DNA from: the human T2T-CHM13v2.0 reference genome, Homo sapiens
Assembly (NCBI RefSeq): GCF_009914755.1
Contig: NC_060936.1
Length of the DNA: 64,000 nt
Reading direction: 5' to 3' (one strand)
Part shown: positions 44,784 through 60,817 of the stretch, piece after piece
Numbering within the stretch: the first letter of the stretch is position 1
Layout of the letters: each line of letters begins with the position of its first letter
Made by a program: the position numbers and the translations under genes
Notes under the pieces: model-generated
The model's input: the letters and a program-made list of their open reading frames with translations, nothing else
The model's database searches: none
What the model was told of the DNA's origin: nothing

Positions 44784-47572
44784 GGGAGCCCACCACAGCT
44801 TGGCAAAGCTGTTATAGACAGACTGCATCTCTAGATTCCTCCTCTCTGGGCAGGGCATTTCTGAAAGAAAGGCAGCAGCCCCAGTCAGGGTCTTATAGAT
44901 AAAACTCCCATCTCCCTGAAACAGAGCACCTGGGGGGAAGGGGTGGCTGTGGGGACAGCTTCAGCAGACTTAAATGTTCCTGCCTGCCAGCTCTGAAGAG
45001 AGCAGTGGATCTCCCAGCACAGCACTCGAACTCTGCTAAGGGATAGACTACCTCCTCAAGTGGGTCCCTGATCCCTGTGCCTCTTTGTGGGGAGACAAAT
45101 CCCAGCAGGGGTTGACAGACACCTCAAGCAGGGGAGCTCAGGCTGGCATCTGGCAGCTGCCCTTCTGGGATGAAGCTCCCAGCGGAAGGAAGAGGCAGCA
45201 ATCTTTGCTGTTCTGCAGCCTTCGCTGGTGATACCCAGGCAAACGGTGTCTGGAGGGGACCTCCAGCAAACTCCAGCAGACCTGCAGCAGAGGAGCCTGA
45301 CTGTTAGAAGGAAAAGTAACAAACAGAAAGGAATAGCATCAACATCTACAAAAAGGACATCCACACAAAAACCCCATCTTAAGGTCACCAACATCAAAGA
45401 CCAAAGATAGATAAATCCACAAAGATGAGGAAAAGACAGCTCAAAAAGGCTGAAATTTCCAAAAAGCAGAATGCCTCTTCCCCTCCAGAAAAAATCACAA
45501 CTCCTTGCCAGCAAGGGAACAAAAATGGATGGAGAATGAGTTTGAGAAATTGTCAGAAGTAGGCTTCAGAAGGTAAGTAATAATAAACTCCTCTGAGCTA
45601 AAGGAGCATGTTCTAACCCAATGCAAGGAAGACAAGAACCTTGAAAAAAGGTTGGAGGCATTTCTAACTGGAATATCCAATTTAGTGAAGAACATAAATG
45701 ACATGATAGAGCTGAAAAACACAGCACAAGAACTTCATGTAGTATCAATAGCTGAATTGATCAAGTGGAAGAAAGGATATCAGAGATTGAAGATCAACTT
45801 AATGAAATAAAACATGAAGACAAAATTAAAGAAAAAAGAATGAAAAGGAATTGAATGAAGCCTCCAAAAATCATGGGACTATGTGAAAAGACAAAACCTA
45901 TATTTGATTGGTGTACCTTGAAGTGACTGGGAGAACGGAACCAAGTTGGAAAACACTCTTTGAGATATTATGCAGAAGAACTTCCCCAACCTAGAAAGAC
46001 AGGCCAACATTCAAATTCAGGAAATACAGAGCACACCAAAAAGATACTCCTCAAGAAGAGCAACCCCAAGACATGTAATTGTCAGATTCACCAAGGTTGA
46101 AATGAAGGAAAAAATTTTAAGGGCAGCCAGAGAGAAAGGTCAGCTTACCCACAAAGGGAAGCCCATTAGACTAACAGCAGATCTCTTGGCAGAAACCCAA
46201 CAAGCCAGAAGAGAGTGGGGGCCAATATTCGACATGCTTAAAGAAAAGAATTTTCAACCCAGAATTTCATATACAGCCAAACTAAGCTTCATAAATGAAG
46301 GAGAAATAAAATCCTTTAAAGAGAAGCAAATGCTGAGAGATTTTGTCACTACCAGGCTTGCCTCACAAGAGCTCCTGAAGGAAGCACTAAATACAGAAAG
46401 GAAAAACTGGTACCAGCCACTGCAAAAACATACCAAATTGTAAAGACCATTGACACCATGAAGAAACTGCATCAACTAACAGGCAAGATAACCTGCTAGC
46501 ATCAAAATGACAGGATCAAATTCACACATAACAATATTAGCCTTAAATGTAAATGGGCTAAATGGCCCAATTAAAAGACACAGACTGGCGAATTGGATAA
46601 AGAGTCAAGCTCCATCAGTGTGTTGTATTCAGGAGACCCATCTCATGTGCAAAGACACACATAGGCTCAAAATAAAGGGATGGAGGAATATTTACCAAGC
46701 AAATGGAAAGTGAAAAAAAGAGCAGGGGTTGTAATCCTAGCCTCTGATAAAGCAGACTTTAAACCAACAAAGATCAAAAGAGACAAAGAAGGGCATTACA
46801 TAATGGTAAAGGGATAAATGCAACAAGAAGAGCTAACTATCCTAAATATATATGCACCCAACACAGGAACACTCGGATTCATAAAGCAAGTTCTTAGAGT
46901 TCTACAAGGAGACTTAGACTCCCACACAATAATAGTGGGAGACTTTAACATCCTACTGTCAATATTAGACAGATCAACAAGACAGAAAATGAACAAGGAT
47001 ATTCAGGACTTGAACTCAGCTCTGGACTGAGCAGACCTAATGGACATCTACAGAACTCTCCACCCCAAATCAACAGAATATACATTCTTCTCAGCACCAC
47101 ATCACATTTATTCTGAAATTGACCACATAATTGGAAGTAAAATACTCCTCAGCAAATGCAAAAGAATGGAAATCATAACAGTCTCTCAGACCACAGTGCA
47201 ATCAAATTAGAACTCAGGATTAAGAAACTCATTCAAAACCACACAACTACATGGAAACCGAACAACTTGCTCTTGAATGACTACTGGGTAGATAACCAAA
47301 TTAAGGCAGAAATAAATAAGTTCTTTGAAACCAATGAGAACGACACAATGTACCAGAATCTCTGGGACACAGCTAAAGCAGTGTTTAGAGGGAAATTTAT
47401 TTACTTATTTTATTTTATTTTATTTTATTTTATTTTTTTTTTCTGTTTAGAGAAGACCAAAGGGTGATTTTTATTCAAAGATTTTCCCATGCCACATAAG
47501 ACAGCACTTTATTACCCACTGTGCTGAACTGATTCCTAATTGTCCCCACGTCTGCATCTTGCGTCTGCAATT

Positions 47573-47603
<31 letters not shown>

Positions 47604-50600
47604 TTTTATTTTATTTTATTTTATTTTATTATTATTATACTTTAAGTTTTAGGGTACATGTGCACAATGTGCAGGTTAGTTACATATGTATACATGTGCC
47701 ATGCTGGTGTGCTGCACCCATTAACTCGTCATTTAGCATTAGGTATATCTCCTAAAAGTATCCCTCCCTCCTCCCCCAACCCCACAACAGTCCCCAGAGT
47801 GTGATGTTCCCCTTCCTGTGTCCATGTGTTCTCATTGTTCAATTCCCACCTATGAGTGAGAATATGTGGTGTTTGGTTTTTTGTTCTTGCGATAATTTAC
47901 TGAGAATGATGATTTCCAATTTCATCCATGTCCCTACAAAGGACATGAACTCATCATTTTTTACGGCTGCATAGTATTCCATGGTGTATATGTGCCACAT
48001 TTTCTTAATCCAGTCTATGATTGTTGGACATTTGGGTTGGTTCCAAGTCTTTGCTATTGTGAATAGTGCCGCAATAAACATACGTGTGCATGTGTCTTTA
48101 TACCAGCGTGATTTATAGTCCTTTGGGTATATGCCCAGTAATGGGATGGCTGGGTCAAATGGTATTTCTAGTTCTAGATCCTAGAGGGAAATTTATAGCA
48201 CTACATGCCCACAAGAGAAAGTGGGAAGATCTAAAATTGACACCCTAACATCACAATTAAAAGAACTAGAGAAGAAAGAGCAAACAAATTCAAAAGCTAG
48301 CAGAAGGCAAGAAATAACTAAGATCAGAGCAGAACTGAAGGAGATAGAGACATTAAAAACCTTTCAAAAAAATCAATGAATCCAGGGCTGTTTTTTTGAA
48401 AAGATTCACAAAATAGATAGACTGCTAGCCAGGCTAATAAAGAAGAAAAAAGAATCAAATAGTCAAAACAAAAAATGACATAGGGGATACCACCACTGAT
48501 CTCACAGAAACACAAACTACCATCAGAGAATACTATAAACACCTCTACACAAATAAGCTAGAAAATCCAGAAGAAATGGATAAATTCCTGGAGACATACA
48601 CCCTCCTAAGACTAAACCAGGAAGAAGTTGAATCCCTGAATAGACCTGTAACAAGTTCTGAAATTGAGGCAGTAATTAATAGCCTACCAAACAAAAAAAG
48701 CCCAGAACCAGATGGATTCAAGCCAAATTCTACCAGAGGTACAAAGAGGAGCTGGTACCATTCCTTCTGAAACTATTCCAAACAATAGAAAAAGAATGAC
48801 TCCTCCCTAACTCATTTAATTAGGCCAGCATCATCCTGATACCAAAACCTGGCAGAAGACACAACAAAAGAAGAAAATTTCAGGCCAATATCCCTGATGA
48901 ACATCGGTGTGAAAATCCTCAATAAAATACTGACAAACCAAATTCAGCAGCACATGAAAAAGCTTATTCACCATGATCAAGTCAGCTTCATCCCTGGAAT
49001 GCAAGGCTGGTTCAACATACACAAATCAGTAAACGTAATCCATCACATAAACAGAACCAATGACAAAAACCACATGATTATCTCAATAGATGCAGAAAAG
49101 GCCTTCAATAAAATTTAACACCCCTTCATGCTAAAAACCCTCAATAAATTAGGTATTGATGGAACATATCTCAAAATAATAAGAACTGTTTATGTCAAAC
49201 CCATAGCCAATATCATACTGAATGGGCAAAAGCTGGAAGCATTCCCTTTAAAAACTGGCACAAGACAAGGATGCTCTCTCATCACTCCTATTCAACATAG
49301 AATTGGAAGTTCTGAACAAGGCAATCAGGCAAGAGAAAGAAATAAAGAGTATTCAAATAAGAAGGGAGGAAGTCCAATTGTCTCTGTCTGCAGATGGCAT
49401 GATTGTATATTTAGAAAACCACACTGTTTGCAGATGACATGATTGTATATTTAGAAAATCCCTTTGCCTCAGCCCAAAATCTCCTTAAGCTGATAAGCAA
49501 CTTCAACAGTCTCAGGACACAAAATCAATGTGCAAAAATCACAAGCATTCCTATACACCAATAATAGACAAACAGAGAGCCAAATCATGAGCAAACTCCC
49601 ATTCACAATTGCTACAAAGTGAATACAACACCTAGGATTACAACTTACAAAGGATGTGAAAGACCTCTTAAAGGAGAACTACTAACCACTGCCCAAGGAA
49701 ATAAGAGAGGACACAAACAAATGGAAAAACATTCCATGCTTATGGATAGGAAGAATCAATATCTTGAAAATGGCCATACTACCCAAAGTAATTTAAATGT
49801 TCAATACTATCTCCATCAAGCTACCATTGACTTTCTTCACAGAATTAGAAAAACTACTTTAAATTTCATATGGAACCAAAAACAGCCCATATAGCCAAGA
49901 CAATCCTAAGCAAAAAGAACAAAGCTGGAGGCATCACCCTACCTGACTTCAAACTATACTACAATGCTAGAGTGACCAAAACAGCATGGTACTGATACCA
50001 AAACAGATATATAGTCCAGTGTAACAGAACAGAGGCCTCAGAAATAACACCAGACACCTACAAACCTGAGAGAAACAAGCAATGGGGAAATGATTCCCTA
50101 TTTAATAAATGGTGTTGGGAAAACTGGCTAGCCATATGCAGAATACTGAAACTGGACCCCTTACTTATACAAAAATTAACTCAAGATGGATTAAAGGCTT
50201 AAATGTAAGACCTAAAACCATAAAAACCCTAGAAGAAAACCTAGGCAATGCCATTGAGGACATAGGCATGGGCAAAGACCTCATGACTAAAACACCAAAA
50301 GCAATGGCAACAAAAGCCAAAATAGACCAATGGGATCTAATTAAACTAAAGAGCTTCTGCACAGAAAAAGAAACTACCATCAGAGTGAACAGGCAACCTA
50401 TAGAATGGCAGAAAAATTTTGCAATCTATCCATCTGACAAAGGGCTAATATCTAGAATCTACAAGGAACTTAAACAAATTTACAAGAAAAAAACAAACAA
50501 CCCCATCAAAAAGTGGGCAAAAGATATGAACAGACACTTCTGAAAAGAACATTTATGCAGCCAATAAATGTATGAAAAAAAGCTCATTATCACTGGTCAT

Positions 50601-51337
50601 TAGAGAAATGCAAATCAAAACCACAATTAGATACCATCTCATGCTAGCTAGAATGGCGATCATTAAAAAGTCAGGAAACCACAGATGCTGGAAAGGATGT
50701 GGAGAAATAGGAACGCTTTTACATTGTTAGTGGGAGTGTAAATTAGTTCAACCATTGTGGAAGACAGTGTGGCGATTCCTCAAGGATCTAGAACCAGAAA
50801 TACCATTTGACCCAGAAATTCCCATTACTGGGTATCTACCCAAAGGATTAGAAATCATTCTACTATAAAGACACATGCACATGTATGTTTATTGCAGCAC
50901 TATTCACAATAGCAAAGACTTGGAACCAACCCAAATGCCCATCAATGATACACTGGGTAAAGAAAATATGGCACATATACACCATGGAATACTATGCAGC
51001 CACAAAAAAGGATGAGTTCGTGTCCTTTGCAGGGACAGGGATGAAACTGGAAACCATAATTCTCAGCAAACTAACACAGGAAGAGAAAACCAAACATGTT
51101 CTCACTCATAAGTGGGGGTTGAATAATGAGAACACATGGACACAGGGAGGGGAACATCACATACTGGGGCCTGTCAGGGGGTGAGGGGCTAGGGGAGGGA
51201 TAGCATTAGGAGAAATAGTTAATGTAGATGATGGGTTGATGGGTGCAGCAAACCACCATGACAAGTGTATACCTATGTAACAAACCTGCATGCTCTGCAC
51301 ATGTATCCCTGAACATAATGTGTGTGTGTATATATAT
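44784..51337 (+). mobile_element. Near-full-length L1PA7/8-like element (5' UTR partly truncated) with disrupted ORF1 (ATG 45425, stop 46443) and ORF2 (ATG 46507), interrupted by an L1PA3 at 47401-48181
   Basis: Collinear ORF1/ORF2 peptide fragments with many stops and frameshifts; 3' UTR ggggctaggggaggg...aatgtagatgatgggttgatgggtgcagcaaaccaccatg. Confidence 0.93.
47401..48181 (-). mobile_element. 5'-truncated L1PA3-like insertion (~550 bp of L1) with 3' transduction and two A tails
   Basis: 15-bp TSD tagagggaaatttat at 47386-47400 and 48182-48196; [14 protein letters not shown]; 3' UTR ggtgtgctgcacccattaactcgtc. Confidence 0.93.
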
Positions 51338-51505
51338 GAAATATAGACAACTTGAATATCCCTGTATCTATTAAAGCAATTAAAATTTTAATTAAAAACC
51401 CTCTCGCAAAGAAAACTCCAGGCCCAGGTGACTTCACTAATGAATTCCTATGAGCATTTTAAAAAGAAACATTTTCCAGAAAATTGAAGGCCAGGAAATA
51501 TTAAT
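51338..51505 (+). mobile_element. Old L1M ORF2 fragment; probable 3'-transduced cargo of the L1PA7-like element
   Basis: aagaaaactccaggcccaggtgacttcactaatgaattc resembles the [10 protein letters not shown] region of old L1M; followed by A8 and a TSD-like copy. Confidence 0.65.
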
Positions 51506-52014
51506 TTAAAAAAAATGGAAATGTCAGCTGTATCAACATAGCTAAGCAAATTGGTATGCATTGGCCATTTGATATCAAATATTGCTAAGGTAATCAGGCA
51601 ATTTACATGTGGAATTAATCTTACTTCTAGTCATCAATAGATAGAAGCGGCGTTATTACATTTTTACCCTGATATTATTTCAAAATTTAAACAGATCTAT
51701 TACAAATAGTCACAGTGAAAAAGAGCAAAACTAAAACAGAGCAAAAAGCCCAACATCATGTTTTTCCAGTTTCATTCTATCTTTATTCTCACATCCGAAT
51801 GGACAAATGATATTGCAACCTTTTAGATTAAGTTATCTTGAACTTTAACTAAATTTAAGCTGACAATCAGCAAAACACTTTAAAATACAAAGAGTTCACA
51901 CTGTTTAAGAGTTCCCAGTAGATCTCTGTCCCCATTCAGGGCCTATGTGTAAAGACTTTTAATATTTAATTATATCCTGGCAGCTTTGCTGGTAATGTGA
52001 AGGCTATCATTTCC

Positions 52015-52186
52015 TTTTTTTTTTTTTTTTTTGATACAGGGTCTTATTCTGTCCCCCAGACTAAAGTGCAGTGGTGCAATTATGGCTCACTGTAGCCATG
52101 ACTTCTCGTGGTCAGGTGATCCTCCCACCTCAGCCTCCTGATTAGCTGGGACTACAGGCATGCCACCATGCCTGGATAATTTTTTT
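52015..52186 (-). mobile_element. AluJ right monomer / FRAM
   Basis: T-tail, gatacagggtcttattctgtc...atggctcactgtagcc. Confidence 0.85.
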
Positions 52187-53965
52187 TCCTCTTCATTTGT
52201 ATATGCCTTTAATTCTTGTGTGTAATCAATAAATAAAAGATTAAATTGTGTTTAAGTGTACTTTTTAAAGTGGCTAAATCTGCATAGAGCCCAGGACTAT
52301 TGGTCAGGCAGAAGGATTTGGGGGTTGTTGAGGCCAGGAGAAGTTTTTATAAAATTCTTTGGGTCCTTCTTGACTTAATGAAGTTTACTGACAACAGGAA
52401 GAGGTAAGGGATTAAAGAGGAGTTGAACTGTGTGCCACCTCCTCTGGGTAAATAATGTTATTTCCTAGTGATATTTTTCACGGAAAAAATGATGTTGCTA
52501 AACAATTTGCTTACTTATTCTGTATTTAGCCTACTTTCATGAAGAAAGAGGCTGACATGAATCTACCTTTTTTGCATCCCTATTATAATAAGCATTCAGC
52601 TAATATTATTGAGCTTCACTAAGTACCTGGAAGTGGTTTGCTCAGGTAGTGCCAAGAATATGGTGTTAAACAAAACAGACAAAGTTTCTGCCCTTATGAA
52701 GATTACAGTTTCCTGAGATTTTAGCCTATGTTCTTGTTTATTTGCTTCTCTCCTTTTTTCTTATTTTGTGAACATTGTTGAGATTTAGAAAGTAACAGGG
52801 AACATCAATCTCACTTCATTTTTCTTCCTTACTCTTGGGAGACTGCTGCCTGCAAAAACCACATTTCATGCAGTATGTTTAAGGGGCAGAGCCCTATGTT
52901 TGGAGTAATGAGGTTGTCTAGTGCTGTCTGTAGCAAGTGGTAAATCTGTTTCATTCTGGGTTTTAGTACTAGGAAGCCCATTTTTGCTACATGCATAAGC
53001 CAAGTTCTATGATCAGGACTTTACTAATGATGAAACTAATATCTTGATCTTTCTTAATCTGTCCTTATAAAATTTTTTGGCACTATTTTACAAATAATCT
53101 ATAACTTGGGCAGGGAAAATGGATGCTGTTTATTGCCCACCCCCACACAAAAAAACACCAGCTACTTGTGAATTCGTCAGCAATATTGAGAGATAGCTCT
53201 AGGTGAGCAAAATGACTTTGTCTAGCATGTTTTTAGTTTGATGTTGCTTTTTCAAATTGGGTTTTTGAACTTTGCCACAATTCATCTTGTTCCATGTGGC
53301 TGCATTTTACAGCTAAGTGTCCATTTTTAACTGTTATAACCCAGTCGGGCAGCTTTACAATTAAGCACTAGTCATATTAGATTTTTACACTGACAGTTCA
53401 CTACAACTTAAGATGTTTTTTCCCAAAGCAAGAAGCTCTTTTTACCCGGGAAAAAAGATGTTATAGAGATAGAGCAGTACTCATGAGACTTTGAGCAAAT
53501 GATGTATGAGTCTTACCCACTCTTATTCATAGTCTAGGACAGAAAATACAAAATAGTCTAAGAAAATGTAATGAGATTTATATTTGAAATTGCCTCTTTC
53601 ATTAGAACTAAGGTGTGTTGATGCTAGTGTTTTCTTGATCTTTATAGAACTTATCAGTGGAAGAATTTAAAAAAATTGTTTCATGAATGTTACATAGTTA
53701 ACAGCAATTGTACTAATGCCATTGATTCCAAAATGTATTCCAAATTCAAAAAGATAAAATAGGAAAAAACAACATAAATCTTAGAATTGGTGAAGTATAT
53801 AGGTGATTTGAATGTTATTGGAAGGGCTAAAATAATTAGGTTCTCAGTTGGGTCTCTAAGAAAATTTGCAGGACGATATACTGCTAGTCCACTGAGAATG
53901 CTTCTACCTCCGATATCACACTTAAGAGTTATGCTTAGAAGTAGGAAGCTACTGTCACCACTATA

Positions 53966-53975
53966 CTTGCTTTTC
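53966..53975. repeat. L1HS target-site duplication, copy at the 3' (tail) end: cttgcttttc
   Basis: Identical to 60047-60056. Confidence 0.92.
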
Positions 53976-53987
53976 TTTTTTTTTTTT

Positions 53988-54019
<32 letters not shown>

Positions 54020-54031
54020 TTTTTTTTTATT
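53976..54031 (-). terminator. L1HS AATAAA signal (54026-54031) and poly(A) tract A28-G-A24
   Basis: T24 (53976-53999), C at 54000, T28 (54001-54028) on the plus strand. Confidence 0.92.
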
Positions 54032-54156
54032 ATACTCTAAGTTTTAGGGTACATGTGCACATTGTGCAGGTTAGTTACATATGTATACATGTGCCATGCT
54101 GGTGCGCTGCACCCACTAATGTGTCATCTAGCATTAGGTATATCTCCCAATGCTAT

Positions 54157-54190
54157 CCCTCCCCCCTCCCCCGACCCCACCACAGTCCCC
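54157..54190 (-). other. L1 3' UTR G-rich tract (G-quadruplex-type motif)
   Basis: GGGGACTGTGGTGGGGTCGGGGGAGGGGGGAGGG: at least four G-runs. Confidence 0.7.
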
Positions 54191-54233
54191 AGAGTGTGAT
54201 ATTCCCCTTCCTGTGTCCATGTGATCTCATTGT

Positions 54234-58085
<3,852 letters not shown>

Positions 58086-58124
58086 TCATTAGTTGATGCA
58101 GTTTCTTCCTAGTCTCGATGGTCT

Positions 58125-59141
58125 TTACATTTTGGCATGATTTTGCAGCGGCTGGTACCGGTTGTTCCTTTCCATGTTTAGCGCTTCCTTCAGGAGCTCT
58201 TTTAGGGCAGGCCTGGTGGTGACAAAATCTCTCAACATTTGCTTGTCTATAAAGTATTTTATTTCTCCTTCACTTATGAAGCTTAGTTTGGCTGGATATG
58301 AAATTCTGGGTTGAAAATTCTTTTCTTTAAGAATGTTGAATATTGGCCCCCACTCTCTTCTGGCTTGTAGGGTTTCTGCCGAGAGATCTGCTGTTAGTCT
58401 GATGGGCTTTCCTTTGAGGGTAACCCGACCTTTCTCTCTGGCTGCCCTTAACATTTTTTCCTTCATTTCAACTTTGGTGAATCTGACAATTATGTGTCTT
58501 GGAGTTGCTCTTCTCGAGGAGTATCTTTGTGGCGTTCTCTGTATTTCCTGAATCTGAACGTTGGCCTGCCTTGCTAGATTGGGGAAGTTCTCCTGGATAA
58601 TCTCCTGCAGAGTGTTTTCCAACTTGGTTCCATTCTCCACATCACTTTCAGGTACACCAATCAGACGTAGATTTGGTCTTTTCACATAGTCCCATATTTC
58701 TTGGAGGCTTTGCTCATTTCTTTTTATTCTTTTTTCTCTAAACTTCCCTTCTCGCTTCATTTCATTCATTTCATCTTCCATTGCTGATACCCTTTCTTCC
58801 AGTTGATCGCATCGGCTCCTGAGGCTTCTGCATTCTTCACGTAGTTCTCGAGCCTTGGTTTTCAGCTCCATCAGCTCCTTTAAGCACTTCTCTGTATTGG
58901 TTATTCTAGTTATACATTCTTCTAAATTTTTTTCAAAGTTTTCAACTTCTTTGCCTTTGGTTTGAATGTCCTCCCGTAGCTCAGAGTAATTTGATCGTCT
59001 GAAGCCTTCTTCTCTCAGCTCATCAAAATCATTCTCCATCCAGCTTTGTTCTGTTGCTGGTGAGGAACTGCGTTCCTTTGGAGGAGGAGAGGCGCTCTGC
59101 GTTTTAGAGTTTCCAGTTTTTCTGTTCTGTTTTTTCCCCAT
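58125..59141 (-). CDS. ORF1: LINE-1 ORF1p (coiled coil, RRM, CTD; nucleic acid chaperone), 338 aa, intact
   Basis: MGKKQNRK...HAKM; REKG235-238, RR261-262 and YPAKLS282-287 intact; 63-nt inter-ORF spacer. Confidence 0.98.
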   Translation of the reverse strand: MGKKQNRKTGNSKTQSASPPPKERSSSPATEQSWMENDFDELREEGFRRSNYSELREDIQTKGKEVENFEKNLEECITRITNTEKCLKELMELKTKARELREECRSLRSRCDQLEERVSAMEDEMNEMKREGKFREKRIKRNEQSLQEIWDYVKRPNLRLIGVPESDVENGTKLENTLQEIIQENFPNLARQANVQIQEIQRTPQRYSSRRATPRHIIVRFTKVEMKEKMLRAAREKGRVTLKGKPIRLTADLSAETLQARREWGPIFNILKEKNFQPRISYPAKLSFISEGEIKYFIDKQMLRDFVTTRPALKELLKEALNMERNNRYQPLQNHAKM

Positions 59142-59596
59142 CTTTGTGGTTTTATCTACTTTTGGTCTTTGATGATGGTGATGTACAGATGGGTTTTCGG
59201 TGTAGATGTCCTTTCTGGTTGTTAGTTTTCCTTCTAACAGACAGGACCCTCAGCTGCAGGTCTGTTGGAATACCCTGCCGTGTGAGGTGTCAGTGTGCCC
59301 CTGCTGGGGGGTGCCTCCCAGTTAGGCTGCTCGGGGGTCAGGAGTCAGGGACCCACTTGAGGAGGCAGTCTGCCCGTTCTCAGATCTCCAGCTGCGTGCT
59401 GGGAGAACCACTGCTCTCTTCAAAGCTGTCAGACAGGGACACTTAAGTCTGCAGAGGTTACTGCTGTCTTTTTGTTTGTCTGTGCCCTGCCCCCAGAGGT
59501 GGAGCCTACAGAGGCAGTCAGGCCTCCTTGAGCTGTGGTGGGCTCCACCCAGTTCGAGCTTCCCGGCTGCTTTGTTTACCTAAGCAAGCCTGGGCA

Positions 59597-59812
59597 ATGG
59601 CGGGCGCCCCTCCCCCAGCCTCGTTGCCGCCTTGCAGTTTGATCTCAGACTGCTGTGCTAGCAATCAGCGAGATTCCGTGGGCGTAGGACCCTCCGAGCC
59701 AGGTGTGGGATATAGTCTCGTGTTGCGCCGTTTCTTAAGCCGGTCTGAAAAGCGCAATATTCGGGTGGGAGTGACCCGATTTTCCAGGTGCGTCCGTCAC
59801 CCCTTTCTTTGA
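59597..59812 (+). CDS. ORF0: LINE-1 ORF0 (antisense ORF in the 5' UTR), 71 aa
   Basis: gcaATGG Kozak context; MAGAPPPASLPPCSLISD...RCVRHPFL; splice donors at 59703 (ag|gtgtgg) and 59788 (ag|gtgcgt). Confidence 0.88.
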   Translation: MAGAPPPASLPPCSLISDCCASNQRDSVGVGPSEPGVGYSLVLRRFLSRSEKRNIRVGVTRFSRCVRHPFL

Positions 59813-60025
59813 CTCGGAAAGGGAACTCCCTGACCCCTTGCGCTTCCCAGGTGAGGCAATGCCTCGCCCTGCTTCGGCTCGCGCACGGTGCGCACTCACA
59901 CTGGCCTGCGCCCACTGTCTGGCACTCCCTAGTGAGATGAACCCGGTACCTCAGATGGAAATGCAGAAATCACCGTCTTCTGCGTCGCTCACGCTGGGAG
60001 CTGTAGACCGGAGCTGTTCCTATTC

Positions 60026-60034
60026 GGCCATCTT
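60026..60034 (-). promoter_or_regulatory. YY1 binding site of the L1 promoter (AAGATGGCC)
   Basis: Intact motif near the start of the element. Confidence 0.88.
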
Positions 60035-60046
60035 GGCTCCTCCCCC

Positions 60047-60056
60047 CTTGCTTTTC
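60047..60056. repeat. L1HS target-site duplication, copy at the 5' end; inferred nick 5'-TTTC/AT
   Basis: cttgcttttc followed by atac. Confidence 0.92.
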
Positions 60057-60719
60057 ATACTTAGAAAACTAGAAAATGAACACTGAAATTCTGTTCAAGG
60101 AAGATGCACAGTTCCAAACATTTTTGGTCAAGAAACACCAGCTAATAGTCATAGAAGATAACATCTGCCTTATGTTTATTTTTCCAGTCTCACAAGAGTT
60201 CATCTAATTGGTGGAACCTAATTTGCATCAAGAACCCTTGCTTCAAGGGAGTCTAGTAGATTGTGGTTGCAGCTTCTAACCTTTTTAATTATAAGTATAG
60301 AATGGGGATTGAGTGAGAGAATCCTCAGTATTTAGTACCTTAAGCAAAAGTGAAAGTCTTAGGAGGGGCTGAACAAGTGAGTCTTAGAGTGCAGCTTGTC
60401 ACAAGTTGAACTTGAACTATCTAGGTGCACATATGGGGCACCAAGAGTGCCTCAGTAGGTCCAGGTCAGGTGCTCAGCCTTAAGAAGTGGGTGCAGCCAG
60501 GGAGGGGGGCAGATTAAAGGGAAAAGATTGCCTCATGGGTGGCGTCATCCATCTCAAGAGTATGAAAGCAGACAAGATTTTGTGAGTAATATGTTCTTTT
60601 AGCAGATCAGTAAGTTACTGATATCAACTTCCTATGACAGTCACCTAAGTTTGTTCTTAAGATGTCCCATCTTAAGTTTAAGTGAATATCATAGGAAAAT
60701 AAATCCCATCAGTTCACTT

Positions 60720-60817
60720 TGAACTTAAAACTCAACAAGATGAAAATAAACAGTTTAAAACTTTTGCACATTTTGTAATAGAATTGTTTATTTTCATCTT
60801 GTTGAGTTTTAAGTTCA
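60720..60817. repeat. Perfect 33-bp inverted repeat with 32-nt spacer
   Basis: tgaacttaaaactcaacaagatgaaaataaaca (60720-60752) is the exact reverse complement of 60785-60817. Confidence 0.95.

Larger units (their letters stand above)
59142..60046 (-). promoter_or_regulatory. L1HS 5' UTR: internal sense promoter, CpG island and antisense promoter
   Basis: 905 nt and CpG-rich in an otherwise CpG-depleted window; starts at the canonical first nucleotides. Confidence 0.93.

Noticed and set aside
53787-54047. 86-aa ORF ending in poly-Phe
   Set aside because: It is a translation of the L1HS poly(T) tract
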